Positions 29,627 through 39,045 of a DNA stretch of 64,000 nucleotides are shown piece after piece. This DNA comes from Longimicrobiales bacterium (GTDB lineage Bacteria; Gemmatimonadota; Gemmatimonadetes; Longimicrobiales; Gaopeijiaceae), in assembly GCA_965238005.1 (NCBI GenBank), contig OZ250165.1:4160001-4224000 (forward strand), read 5' to 3'. The position numbers and the translations under genes were made by a program. Within the stretch, counting starts at the first letter, position 1. Each line of letters begins with the position of its first letter. Below the pieces are notes generated by a model, which did not search any database, was not told the DNA's origin, and saw nothing but the letters and a program-made list of their open reading frames with translations.

Positions 29627-29932
29627 ATCCCGGTCATCTGTCGTTCTTCGGCGACGGCGCCGAACATTTTTGCCGTGGATTCCGTAGTTTCACTAGAGTA
29701 CCTGGCCGGTGTGTCATGGATTCACAGACCTCCGGGATGTCCACTAGATTCTCGGGGGCGCCGCCTAGGCGAGGCCGGACGATAATGGACGGCCTTCGGC
29801 GGCGGCGGCGGCAAGGTGCCCAGGGTCAGAGGCAGCCCGCGGAGTGACAGCTCTCGTGGATCCTGGTCGCGCCGCCGCGGTATCGTGTTCAAAGACGTCA
29901 GGCTTCTTGATACAGGAGATACTATCTTTTCC

Positions 29933-30733
29933 ATGACCCCCTGGGTTACCCGGTTGCTCGTCGCGAACGTGGTCGCCTTTCTGTTGGTGCAGCCGGCGAC
30001 TCTCCTGTACGGTCTTCTGACGCTCTTCCCCCCGGCCGTCGTAGGACTCGACAAGTTCTACATTCCCGCGATGCCGTTCAGGCCCTGGACGCTCTTCACG
30101 TACATGTTCCTGCACGCAGGGTTTGGGCACCTCTTCGTCAACATGCTCGGGCTCTTCTTCTTCGGACCCAGGCTCGAAGCCCGGCTGGGCACCCGTGGCT
30201 TTCTGGGGCTCTACTTTCTGAGTGGGCTCGGCGGGGCCGCGTTCTCGTTCCTCTTCTCGTTCAGCTCTCCCGTGGTAGGCGCCTCGGCCGCCGTCTACGG
30301 GATTCTCATCGGCTTCGCCATGTACTGGCCGCGAGAGAACATCTACATCTGGGGTATCCTGCCGGTTCAGGCTCGCGTGTTGGCCGCCTTCCTGGTTCTT
30401 GTCAGCCTCTACAGCGGGATCGCCGGCTCGGGTGGCGGCGTGGCCCACTTCGCCCACCTGGGTGGCCTCGCGGTCGGGGCCGGGTATCTGCGCTGGCGTG
30501 ATTGGCATTCCGGGAAGGACAAGCGCGAGTTCAAGCGCAGGGTCCAACACACGCCCTCCATGGACGGCTCCGACCGGGAGGCCCGAGCGCGCTGGTCCTC
30601 CATCGACCTCTCATCCATACACGAGCTCAATCGGAGTGAGGTCGAGGAGTTACTGGCCAGGATGGACAGCGGGGGCCTGCAGACCCTGTCCGTAGAAGAG
30701 CGGAGGTTCCTCGACCGGATGTCGAGCGGATAG
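29933..30733 (+). CDS. Rhomboid-family intramembrane serine protease with a C-terminal helical extension
   Basis: PWTLFTYMFLHAGFGHLFVNM...VGASAAVYG...AHFAHLGG. Confidence 0.93.
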   Translation: MTPWVTRLLVANVVAFLLVQPATLLYGLLTLFPPAVVGLDKFYIPAMPFRPWTLFTYMFLHAGFGHLFVNMLGLFFFGPRLEARLGTRGFLGLYFLSGLGGAAFSFLFSFSSPVVGASAAVYGILIGFAMYWPRENIYIWGILPVQARVLAAFLVLVSLYSGIAGSGGGVAHFAHLGGLAVGAGYLRWRDWHSGKDKREFKRRVQHTPSMDGSDREARARWSSIDLSSIHELNRSEVEELLARMDSGGLQTLSVEERRFLDRMSSG

Positions 30734-30792
30734 CCGTCGGTTGGGTCTGGCCCGGCGCCGTCCTGGTCGGCGCCGGGATCGCGCTTACCACG

Positions 30793-32025
30793 GTGGCGGG
30801 AGACGCCCCGTGGCTCGAGCAAGCCGTCAATCGATATCCGCTGGTCATCTTCGCTGGTGGCCTTCTTCTCGCGTGGCGCTTCCGTAGAAGCCGGGTCGGG
30901 GCGGCCCTCCTGGGCCTCATCCTGATGGACCGGCTCCTACGGCCTGCCGGCGTCGGGCCCACCACCATCGAGTCCACCGTCGTGGAGCCTGGGGCCGTGG
31001 GAGCTCTGCTAGTGGAGCCTGCCGCTCTCGCACCCGCCGCATTCGATCCCACGGTTTTCGACTCGGCCATGGGGTCGCCGTGGGAGACGGGCGGCATCGT
31101 CCTGCTCCTCGCCATCGGGGTCCTGGCGGTCATGAAGGACCGAGGAGTCCTCTCCGGGCTGGGTATTCTCCAACCTGTGATGGTGGCCCTGGCCCTGGCT
31201 GCCGGGCTCGTTCTTTGGGACGTTCGGCCGGCCGCACTCACCTGGACATGGACGCCTTTTCTCCCCTGGGGTCCGGCGGAATGGCTCGGTGTTTCCCACG
31301 GGGCCTTCGTGGTAGGGCTGCCTGCACTCCTGGTCGCGCTGGGGATGGCGATCCGTCGCGACCATCCTGTGGAGAAGGGGCTCTTCTGGACGATTCTGGC
31401 GGTGCTCCTCGCCCTGGGCAGCGGGGCCGACTCCGTGGAGTCCACGGTGCACCTCACGGCCGGGGGGCTCGTCCTCGCCCTGGCCGTCGTGGAGACGTCC
31501 TACGCCATGGCCTTCCGGGACGAGCTGACCGGGCTACCCGCCCGGAGGGCGCTGTGGCAGGAAATCGAATCCGCGGGGCGCTCGTATGCCGTGGCCATGG
31601 TCGACGTCGACCACTTCAAGAAGTTCAACGACCGCCACGGCCACAACGTGGGTGACCAGGTACTTCGGCTGGTGGCCTCCCAGCTCGGCAAGGTGAGCGG
31701 AGGCGGCCGGGCGTTCCGCTACGGCGGAGAGGAATTCACGGTGGTGTTCGCCGGCAAAGGGTGTGAAGAGGCGCTACCCCACCTCGAGGAGCTGCGGAAC
31801 CTGATAGAGGCAAGCCGGTTCGCCGTGCGGCGCATGGGGCGGCCCCGGAAGAAGCCATCGGCAAAGAAGGCGAAGATGAAGGCTCCGCGGCGTCTCTCGG
31901 TGACGGTGAGCATCGGAGTTGCTGAGCGCACCGAGAAGGCGGCTACAGGCCAGGCGGTGGTGAAGGCGGCGGACCGGGCACTCTATCGGGCGAAGAAGGC
32001 GGGGCGGAACCGGGTGGCGAAGTAG
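30793..32025 (+). CDS. Membrane-bound diguanylate cyclase (GGDEF)
   Basis: Multiple TM segments, then DELTGLP...DVDHFKKFND.HGH..GD...RYGGEEF...VTVSIG...ADRALYRAK..GRN. The start is uncertain. Confidence 0.92.
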   Translation: MAGDAPWLEQAVNRYPLVIFAGGLLLAWRFRRSRVGAALLGLILMDRLLRPAGVGPTTIESTVVEPGAVGALLVEPAALAPAAFDPTVFDSAMGSPWETGGIVLLLAIGVLAVMKDRGVLSGLGILQPVMVALALAAGLVLWDVRPAALTWTWTPFLPWGPAEWLGVSHGAFVVGLPALLVALGMAIRRDHPVEKGLFWTILAVLLALGSGADSVESTVHLTAGGLVLALAVVETSYAMAFRDELTGLPARRALWQEIESAGRSYAVAMVDVDHFKKFNDRHGHNVGDQVLRLVASQLGKVSGGGRAFRYGGEEFTVVFAGKGCEEALPHLEELRNLIEASRFAVRRMGRPRKKPSAKKAKMKAPRRLSVTVSIGVAERTEKAATGQAVVKAADRALYRAKKAGRNRVAK

Positions 32026-32033
32026 GGGGGTCC

Positions 32034-32852
32034 CTACACCAGCCGCTTGTAGTCGGCCAGATGGCGGAGCGCCTCCTTGGTCCGGCCCTGGATCTCGTAG
32101 AGACGGGACAGGTTGTAGTGGGCCGACGCCATGTCCGGGTCCGAGCGTAGCGCCCTCTCGTAAGCCTCGATGGCGTCGCCGACCCGCTCCAGGTCCTCCA
32201 ACGCCACACCGAGGTTGAAGGCGGCCATCGGCGATTCGGGCTCGGCGGCGAGAGCGTGGCGGTAGTGCGCCTCGGCCGACTCCACGTCCCCGCCTTCGTG
32301 CAGCAGCCGGCCCAGGTTCAGATGCGCCCGGACGTGGCCCGGGTTGAGCGCAAGGGCTCGCCGGTAGGCGTCCGTGGCACGGTCCGTCGCAACGGGCTCC
32401 AGGTCCAGCGCCAGTTCGTACCATCCGTCGGCCGAAAGCTCGGTGGACGCCGGCTTCGCTGAGGTGGCTCGGGCGATGGGCTCGACCTTCTCGGCCAACT
32501 CCCGGACGGCGAAGTCGAGGTGGACCTGGCCCGACTGGGGGTCCCAGAGCGTACTCTCTTCCTTCACGACCACACTGTCCCCCTCAAACGTGATGTGGAG
32601 GGCGCTCAGCGGCCCACCCTCGGGAAGCTGCTCTCGGAGGGCATGGAGAGCCTGCCGTACGCGCTGCATGGAGACGCCCGCGTCCCGGAGGTCCCGCGTG
32701 GTGCGGAGAAGGATGATGTCCGAGAAGGAGAACCGGTATTGGTTCCCAGGACCCCTGGTCGGATCGAAGAAGCCGGATCTGGCAAAGGAACGGACGCGGG
32801 CCGGGGGGATGCCGAGGATCTCGGCCACCTGCCTCGTGGTGTATCCTCTCAT
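32034..32852 (-). CDS. MerR-like HTH + TPR-repeat protein
   Basis: YTTRQVAEILGIPPARVRSF...YRFSFSDIILLR...GVSMQRVRQAL (MerR-type HTH). C-terminal AHLNLGRLL / AAFNLGVAL / AHYNLSRLY TPR repeats. Confidence 0.85.
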   Translation of the reverse strand: MRGYTTRQVAEILGIPPARVRSFARSGFFDPTRGPGNQYRFSFSDIILLRTTRDLRDAGVSMQRVRQALHALREQLPEGGPLSALHITFEGDSVVVKEESTLWDPQSGQVHLDFAVRELAEKVEPIARATSAKPASTELSADGWYELALDLEPVATDRATDAYRRALALNPGHVRAHLNLGRLLHEGGDVESAEAHYRHALAAEPESPMAAFNLGVALEDLERVGDAIEAYERALRSDPDMASAHYNLSRLYEIQGRTKEALRHLADYKRLV

Positions 32853-32892
32853 CACGGGCGCCGCTGTGATGATTCCGGAGCGGTGCCGCCGG

Positions 32893-33741
32893 TCAGCCCG
32901 AGGACGCCTTCTTGTTGGTGGCGGACTTCTTCCTACTGGATGCCTTCTTGGCCGGCATCCTCTCCTCTCCGTCATCGGCGAGGCTGGCCTTGAGGGCCGC
33001 CATCAGGTCGATGATCTGGGTCTGGGGCTCCTCGGTGACCGACGAGACGATCTCTTCGCCGTCCACCTTCTGCTGTATGAGCTCGAGCATGCGGTCACGG
33101 ACCTCGTCCTTGTAGTCCGCGGCCTGGAACTCATCCGAGGACGCCTGGTTCACGAGTTGAATGGCCAGCTTCAGCTCGGACTCGCTGACATCGCCCTCGG
33201 CTACCGGGACGTCGGCGAAATCCCGGACCTCGTCGGCGTAGCGGAGCTGCTCCAGAAGAAGGCCCTCCCCGAAGGGCCGCACCATGACCAGGTACTGCTT
33301 GCCGCGGGTGGCGTACTTGGCGATGGCCACACGCTCGGTTTGCTGCAGGGCCGCCGAGAGAAGCAGATACGCCCGAGCACCGCCCTTGTCGGGTCCGAGG
33401 TAATAGGCGCGATCCAGGAACAGGCGATCCACCTGGTCTGCGGGAACGAACTCGGTGATCTGGATGGAGTCGGTCTTGGGCTGCTCCACCGCCTTGAGCT
33501 CCTCGGGCGTGAAGAGCACGTACTGACCCTTGGCGAACTCGTACCCCTTCACCATGTCTTCCCGGGGAACGATCACGTCGTCCTTCGGGCAGATGTACTG
33601 CTGCTTCACACGGGTTCCACAGTCCTTGTGGACCATGTTGAAGGAGATGCGGGACTTGGATTCCCCGGTGGCGTACAGCTTCACCGGCACTGAGACCAGC
33701 CCAAACGAGATCGTCGAGGTGGAGATGGGACGTGCAGCCAT
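32893..33741 (-). CDS. ku: Non-homologous end-joining protein Ku
   Basis: MAARPISTSTISFGLVSVPVKLY...VKGYE...YYLGP...AYLLL...LRYADEVR...YKDE...IIDLMAALKASL plus a basic tail. Confidence 0.95.
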   Translation of the reverse strand: MAARPISTSTISFGLVSVPVKLYATGESKSRISFNMVHKDCGTRVKQQYICPKDDVIVPREDMVKGYEFAKGQYVLFTPEELKAVEQPKTDSIQITEFVPADQVDRLFLDRAYYLGPDKGGARAYLLLSAALQQTERVAIAKYATRGKQYLVMVRPFGEGLLLEQLRYADEVRDFADVPVAEGDVSESELKLAIQLVNQASSDEFQAADYKDEVRDRMLELIQQKVDGEEIVSSVTEEPQTQIIDLMAALKASLADDGEERMPAKKASSRKKSATNKKASSG

Positions 33742-33780
33742 TGCGAAAAAACTCCCGTAAGCGAACTGAAGGTCGGAAGA

Positions 33781-33792
33781 AAACATATGTTC
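33781..33792. promoter_or_regulatory. Palindromic site (AACATATGTT core) between ku and ligD
   Basis: Minus strand reads GAACATATGTTT, which fits GAAC-RNRY-GTTY; it lies 40 bp upstream of ku. Confidence 0.4.
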
Positions 33793-33876
33793 ACCGAAGG
33801 AAAGAATGCAATGAAAAGGTGGGGCGGGTGCACGGCAAGGTGGTGTCAGCCCGCCCGCCACCGCTAACGTCTCTGC

Positions 33877-36402
33877 ATGGCACCGAGCTCCGACGACCGA
33901 CTCGAGCGCTATCGCAAGAAGCGCTCCGCCTCCGATACCCCCGAGCCGTTCGGAGGGATGGGATCGGCCGGTGACGCACGGCTGTTCGTGGTGCAGAAGC
34001 ACCATGCCAGCTCCCTGCACTGGGATCTGCGACTCGAGATGGGCGGGGCCCTGGAGTCTTGGGCCGTGCCCAAGGGCCCTTCCGCGGATACGGCGGACAA
34101 GCGTCTCGCCATGCACGTAGAGCCCCACCCGCTGGAGTATGCCGAGTTCGAGGGGGTCATCCCCGAAGGGCAGTACGGAGCCGGCCCGTCCATCTGCTGG
34201 GACAAGGGCATCTGGATCGAGATCCCCGGCGAGAAGCACGGTTTGGAGCACGGCAAGCTCCTCTTCGAGCTCAGAGGCTACAAGTTGCGCGGCCGCTGGA
34301 CGCTTGTGCACACGCCTAAGCGGGGGGACAACCACTGGCTCCTCATCAAGGAGCGGGACGGCTACGTGGACGAGCGGGGCACGGACGCGTACCCAGACGA
34401 CTCGATCTACTCGGGACTTCTGGTGGATCAGCTTTCCGACCCCGGCGAGCGAGATGCCGAGATCCTCGGGCGGGCTCGCGAGCTGGGCGCCGAGAAGGAG
34501 GCGCCCCCGGCCGAGAAGATGAAGGTCATGCTGGCCACGAGCCGCGAGGAGCCCTTCGACAAGGAAGGCTGGATTTTCGAGCTCAAGTACGACGGCTATC
34601 GGCTGATCGCGTCCCGGGAGACCGAGGAGCCCGTGCTCTGGTCCCGGAATGGGAACGACCTCACCGAGACCTTTCCCGACATCGCCCGGGCTCTCCACGG
34701 GCTGCCCTATGATGGCACGGTCCTGGACGGCGAGGTCGTGGTCCACGATGAGGCGGGCTTGCCGAGCTTCAGCCGCCTTCAGCGTAGAGGCCGCCTGCAG
34801 CGCCGCTCGGACATCCTGAAGGCGACGCTGGACCTGCCAGCCGTCTTCTACGCCTTCGATCTCTTGACCTTCGGGGGGCTCGATCTCCGCGATCTGCCCC
34901 TCGTGTCCAGGAAGGAGCTGCTTCGGGAGGTACTCCCCAGCGCGGGGCCCATCCGCTACTCGGACCCTATCCCGGTTCAGGGCGAGGCCATGTACCAGCA
35001 GGTGACCGACATGCGCCTCGAGGGGATCGTGGCCAAGAAGGCCGACAGCCCCTACCGCTCCGGGCGGTCGACCCATTGGTACAAGATCCGTACGGTTCAC
35101 ACCGACGACTTCGTGGTGGTGGGCTATACGGAGCCCAAAGGAGGACGGCCGGGTTTCGGGGCGCTCCACCTGGCCCAGTACGTCGACGGTGAGCTGACCT
35201 ACTCCGGGAGTGTCGGGACCGGCTTCAGCGACGATATGCTCGACGAGATCCTGGAGATGCTCGTGGATCTGGCTGGTGAGCCGGGCCCCCCGTGTGTCGG
35301 CCCGGCTCCCAAGGGGAAGACGCACCATTGGATCCAGCCGAAGCTCGTGGCGGACGTCCAGTACAAGGAGTTCACCGACGCCGGCGTGATCCGGCATCCC
35401 TCCTTCGTGAGGCTCCGGGACGACAAGCGGGCGGAGGAGTGCGTTCGGGAGGACGAGGGCGGAGGCGAGGCGCTCCCGGACCCGGTCCAGGTCGTCGATC
35501 GGACCGTGGAGCGAACGGTCCCGTTCACCAATCTGGACAAGGTCTTGTGGCCCGAGGAGGGATACACCAAGGGTGACCTCATCGAGTACTACCGCACCGT
35601 CTGGGAGTGGATCTCACCGTACCTGGCAGACCGGTGTCTGGTGCTCACCCGCTATCCGGACGGCGTCTATGGGAACTCGTTCTACCAGAAAAACGCCCCG
35701 GAGTGGGCCCCGGAGTGGCTTCGGAGAGAGCCGGTCTGGAGCGAGGACTCCGACAAGGTCCTCGACTACTTCGTGGTGGAAGACGTGGAGGCGCTCCTGT
35801 GGGTGGCCAACTCGGCGGCCATCCCGCTCCACATCTGGTCGAGTCGCATCTCGACCCTGAACAAGCCCGACTGGTGCATCCTGGACCTGGATCCCAAGGG
35901 TGCGCCCTTCGCCGACGTGGTGAAGGTGGCCAGGGTGATCCGCCAGGTGTGCCAGGAGATCGGGCTTCCCTCAAACGTGAAGACGAGTGGATCGTCCGGG
36001 CTCCACGTTCTGATTCCGCTGGGGGCGCAGCTCAGCTACGAGCAATCACGGATGCTGGGAAACCTGCTCGCCCGCGTCGTGGTGGGAGAGCTTCCCGAGA
36101 TCGCCACCGTCACCAGGGCCCTCAAGAGCCGGGAAGGGAAGGTCTACGTGGACTTCCTGCAGAACGCTTCCGGCCAGCTGCTGGTGGCCCCCTTCTGTGT
36201 CCGGCCTGTGCCGGAGGCCGCCGTGTCCACGCCCCTCAAGTGGAGCGAGGTGACGAGCAAGCTCGACATCCGCAAACACACCATCAAGACGGTGCCGGCC
36301 CGCATGAAGCGTCTCAAGGGGGGCGATCCCCTCCTGGGCGTGATGGACGACAAGCCCGACCTCATGGGCGCCTTGGAGCGCCTGGCGGGGCGCTCGGTTT
36401 GA
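33877..36402 (+). CDS. ligD: DNA ligase D (phosphoesterase-ligase-polymerase)
   Basis: FVVQKHHASSLHWDLRLE...SWAVPKGPS (PE); ELKYDGYR...EGIVAKK (LIG); TNLDKVLWP...TKGDL...DLDP...KTSGSSGLH (POL). Confidence 0.97.
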   Translation: MAPSSDDRLERYRKKRSASDTPEPFGGMGSAGDARLFVVQKHHASSLHWDLRLEMGGALESWAVPKGPSADTADKRLAMHVEPHPLEYAEFEGVIPEGQYGAGPSICWDKGIWIEIPGEKHGLEHGKLLFELRGYKLRGRWTLVHTPKRGDNHWLLIKERDGYVDERGTDAYPDDSIYSGLLVDQLSDPGERDAEILGRARELGAEKEAPPAEKMKVMLATSREEPFDKEGWIFELKYDGYRLIASRETEEPVLWSRNGNDLTETFPDIARALHGLPYDGTVLDGEVVVHDEAGLPSFSRLQRRGRLQRRSDILKATLDLPAVFYAFDLLTFGGLDLRDLPLVSRKELLREVLPSAGPIRYSDPIPVQGEAMYQQVTDMRLEGIVAKKADSPYRSGRSTHWYKIRTVHTDDFVVVGYTEPKGGRPGFGALHLAQYVDGELTYSGSVGTGFSDDMLDEILEMLVDLAGEPGPPCVGPAPKGKTHHWIQPKLVADVQYKEFTDAGVIRHPSFVRLRDDKRAEECVREDEGGGEALPDPVQVVDRTVERTVPFTNLDKVLWPEEGYTKGDLIEYYRTVWEWISPYLADRCLVLTRYPDGVYGNSFYQKNAPEWAPEWLRREPVWSEDSDKVLDYFVVEDVEALLWVANSAAIPLHIWSSRISTLNKPDWCILDLDPKGAPFADVVKVARVIRQVCQEIGLPSNVKTSGSSGLHVLIPLGAQLSYEQSRMLGNLLARVVVGELPEIATVTRALKSREGKVYVDFLQNASGQLLVAPFCVRPVPEAAVSTPLKWSEVTSKLDIRKHTIKTVPARMKRLKGGDPLLGVMDDKPDLMGALERLAGRSV

Positions 36403-36537
36403 GTGGGGACCGGCGGACCACCGAAGCCCGACGAAACCCTCGGCCCCTCTGATGCGTCATAAAGAGAGGGGGAATCGGCGATCGCTGGCGATTCGTCGCA
36501 CTTCCCGACGTTAATTCGTCCTTTTCAGGATTGGAAA

Positions 36538-36879
36538 ATGATCCAGTTTGCCGTCCATCTCCTGGTTACCGCCGCGCTCCTCGCCGTGGTCGGAAAGATG
36601 ATCTCCGGCATCGAAGTGGAAGACGCGAGCGCAGCCTTCGTCGGGGCCCTGGTTCTCGGCTTCGCCAACGCCGTGATTCGGCCCATCCTGGTCGTGCTCA
36701 CCATGCCCCTCACGATCCTCACGCTCGGCTTGTTCATCTGGGTCGTGAACGCGTTCATGCTCAAGCTCGCTGCGGCGTTCGTGCCGGGGTTCGAGGTCCG
36801 GGGATTCAAGGCGGCCCTGTTCGGGAGCCTGATGCTTGGGCTTCTCAACTTCGCGGTGTCGGTCTTCTTCGGGATCTAG
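36538..36879 (+). CDS. Phage-holin-like (YvlD/Phage_holin_4_2) membrane protein
   Basis: ALVLGFANAVIRPILVVLTMPLTILTLGLFIWVVNA. Confidence 0.88.
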   Translation: MIQFAVHLLVTAALLAVVGKMISGIEVEDASAAFVGALVLGFANAVIRPILVVLTMPLTILTLGLFIWVVNAFMLKLAAAFVPGFEVRGFKAALFGSLMLGLLNFAVSVFFGI

Positions 36880-36966
36880 TGTTCCGCTGCCAAAGTTCGC
36901 GAGCCACCAAGAGGGCCGCGGATGCATCGTGCCCTCGACTGGCCGAGACACTTTGGCAACGGGACA
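36880..36966. mobile_element. MITE, short (87 bp) copy
   Basis: Imperfect 17-bp TIRs TGTTCCGCTGCCAAAGT / ACTTTGGCAACGGGACA, flanked by CTAG on both sides (36876-79, 36967-70). Homologous to 61732-61909. Confidence 0.88.
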
Positions 36967-37086
36967 CTAGGAGCCTGTCCGAGCAGTAGAGCTCGACGTA
37001 GTACGTTGCCAACCGGCGGACAGCCTTCTAATCATCAGAGCACCCTGGGACTGGTCACAGCTTCGCCCAGGCCGTCACCGGAGGTG

Positions 37087-39033
37087 ATGATCATGAAGAA
37101 GGCCGTGCTCGTTCCGTTCTTCGCGCTCGTCCTGGGAGCCGCAGGCGCCGGCCTCGCTCTCGGTCTCTTCACGCCGCAGGGCACCCCCGGGAGCGGGGCA
37201 GGCGGCCTCCTCCAGACCCTCTCCCCCTTCCGCAGCTACGGCCACGTCTACGACTCGGCTAACGTCGAAGCCATGCGCCCGCGGTTCATGGGGCGCCGCG
37301 GTGTCGTATCGACGGGGCACTATCTGGCGACCATGGCTGGCATGGACATGCTCAAACGGGGAGGTAACGCCTTCGACGCCGGGGTCACCGCCGCGATGGC
37401 CCTCAAAGTCACCAAGATGGACTACGCTGGGTGGACCGGCGTGGCGCCGTTGATCCTCTACAGCGCTGCCGAGGGGAGGGTCGTGACACGTGTCGGGGCC
37501 GGGACGTCACCCGCGGGAGCGACGCTCGAGTACTTCCTCGAGAACGGCAAGGACCCTGTGAATACGGCGCTCGTGCCCGCCGACATCGACGTGTGGCTGG
37601 CGGCCCTGGATCGCTACGGGACGATCAGCTTTGCCGAGGCCGCGGGTCCGGGTCTGGAGATCGCCGAGGAGGGCTACCACCTCTACAAGATGCAGAAGTG
37701 GCTGATCGACGATCAGACGGACCGGGTTCTGCGGTTTCCGTACAACCGCGACTTCTGGTTCCAGCACGGCGTGGGTGAGCAGGAGGTCGGTGACCTGATG
37801 GTGAACCCGGATCTGGCGCGGCTCATCCGGTACATGATGGACGCCGAGGAGCGGGCGCTGGCATCCGGAGGCACGCGCTCGGAGGGGATCCGGGCCGCCC
37901 GGGAGGCCTTCTACAAGGGAGATCCGGCCAGGGCGGTGGACGCTTTGTTCGGCGAGCTGGGGGGAATCGTCACCTACGACGACCTGGCGAGCTACCAAGG
38001 CAAGTGGATGGACCCGCTGCAGACGACGTTCATGGGGTACGACGTCTACGCCGGCGACGGCTGGTCCCAGGGCCCGCGCATGATCCTCATCCTCAACATG
38101 CTCGAGGGCATCGACCTGGAGGCCCTGGGCTACAACACGCCGGAGTACATCCACCTGATTTCCCAGGTCATCGACCTGGCCATGTCGGACAGCCACAAGT
38201 ACGTGGGCGATCCCGACGTGGTGGACACCCCGGAGGAGCTCTATACCAAGGAGTATGCCCGAGTCCGTGTCGCCCTGATCGACCGCGAGCGGGCCTTCCA
38301 GGACATGCCGCCCTGGGGTGATCCGGTTCGCATGCTCGCAGTGGCCGACGATTCACCCCGCTCGTTCGCGGCCACCAGCGCCGCGACGTCCGCGGGGGCT
38401 GCGGCCGCGGTCGGTGGGGGCGACACCGGCGCCGACGAGACACCAGTGTTCGACACGTCATCGCTGAACGTCATGGACGGAGACGGGAATCTCTTCTCCA
38501 TGACGGAGAGTGACGGGCACCTGTCTACCCCGCTGGTTCCGGGCTGGGGCTTCGGCCTCGGAGGCCGCATGGGCCAGTTCAACCTCGATCCGCGGCTAGC
38601 CAACGTGATGGCCCCGCGTAAGCGACCGAGAAACACGAACACCCCGCTCCTGGTGATGAAGGACGGAGAGCCGTTCATGGGGCTGTCCACGCCGGGAGCC
38701 GATCAGCAGCTCCAGTCGCTGCTACAGGTCTTCCTGAACGTGGTGGTGTGGGGGATGTCGCCCGAGCAGGCTCTCGATCAGCCCCGGTTCGGCAGCTACA
38801 ACTTCCCTACCACGGGCGACGAGATCAACCGCAATCCGGCTGGGCTCCGTCTGGAGGATCGCATCCCGGGTGAGACGGCTGACGTGCTGAGAGGTCTCGG
38901 TCACGACGTGGAATGGTGGGGCCTCTGGAACCTGAGGTCCGGCGCCCCGACGGTGACGTACCGTGATCCCGTGACGGGTGTGATGATCGCGGCCGGTGAC
39001 GTGCGCCGGGAGACCTCGTCTCTGGCTTGGTGA
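37087..39033 (+). CDS. Gamma-glutamyltransferase family protein, exported
   Basis: GVVSTGHYLA...GGNAFDAG...FYKGD...DTSSLNVMD (Thr nucleophile)...APRKRPRNT...TPGADQQ. Confidence 0.9.
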   Translation: MIMKKAVLVPFFALVLGAAGAGLALGLFTPQGTPGSGAGGLLQTLSPFRSYGHVYDSANVEAMRPRFMGRRGVVSTGHYLATMAGMDMLKRGGNAFDAGVTAAMALKVTKMDYAGWTGVAPLILYSAAEGRVVTRVGAGTSPAGATLEYFLENGKDPVNTALVPADIDVWLAALDRYGTISFAEAAGPGLEIAEEGYHLYKMQKWLIDDQTDRVLRFPYNRDFWFQHGVGEQEVGDLMVNPDLARLIRYMMDAEERALASGGTRSEGIRAAREAFYKGDPARAVDALFGELGGIVTYDDLASYQGKWMDPLQTTFMGYDVYAGDGWSQGPRMILILNMLEGIDLEALGYNTPEYIHLISQVIDLAMSDSHKYVGDPDVVDTPEELYTKEYARVRVALIDRERAFQDMPPWGDPVRMLAVADDSPRSFAATSAATSAGAAAAVGGGDTGADETPVFDTSSLNVMDGDGNLFSMTESDGHLSTPLVPGWGFGLGGRMGQFNLDPRLANVMAPRKRPRNTNTPLLVMKDGEPFMGLSTPGADQQLQSLLQVFLNVVVWGMSPEQALDQPRFGSYNFPTTGDEINRNPAGLRLEDRIPGETADVLRGLGHDVEWWGLWNLRSGAPTVTYRDPVTGVMIAAGDVRRETSSLAW

Positions 39034-39045
39034 GCCCGGAAGCCC

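Noticed and set aside
33742..35397. 834-aa minus-strand ORF suggesting a giant Ku fusion
   Set aside because: The extension is the antisense shadow of ligD in high-GC DNA; Ku similarity begins at ATG 33741.
36538..36879. Holin-like gene as evidence of a prophage
   Set aside because: This family is commonly chromosomal and no phage structural or lysis genes are nearby.
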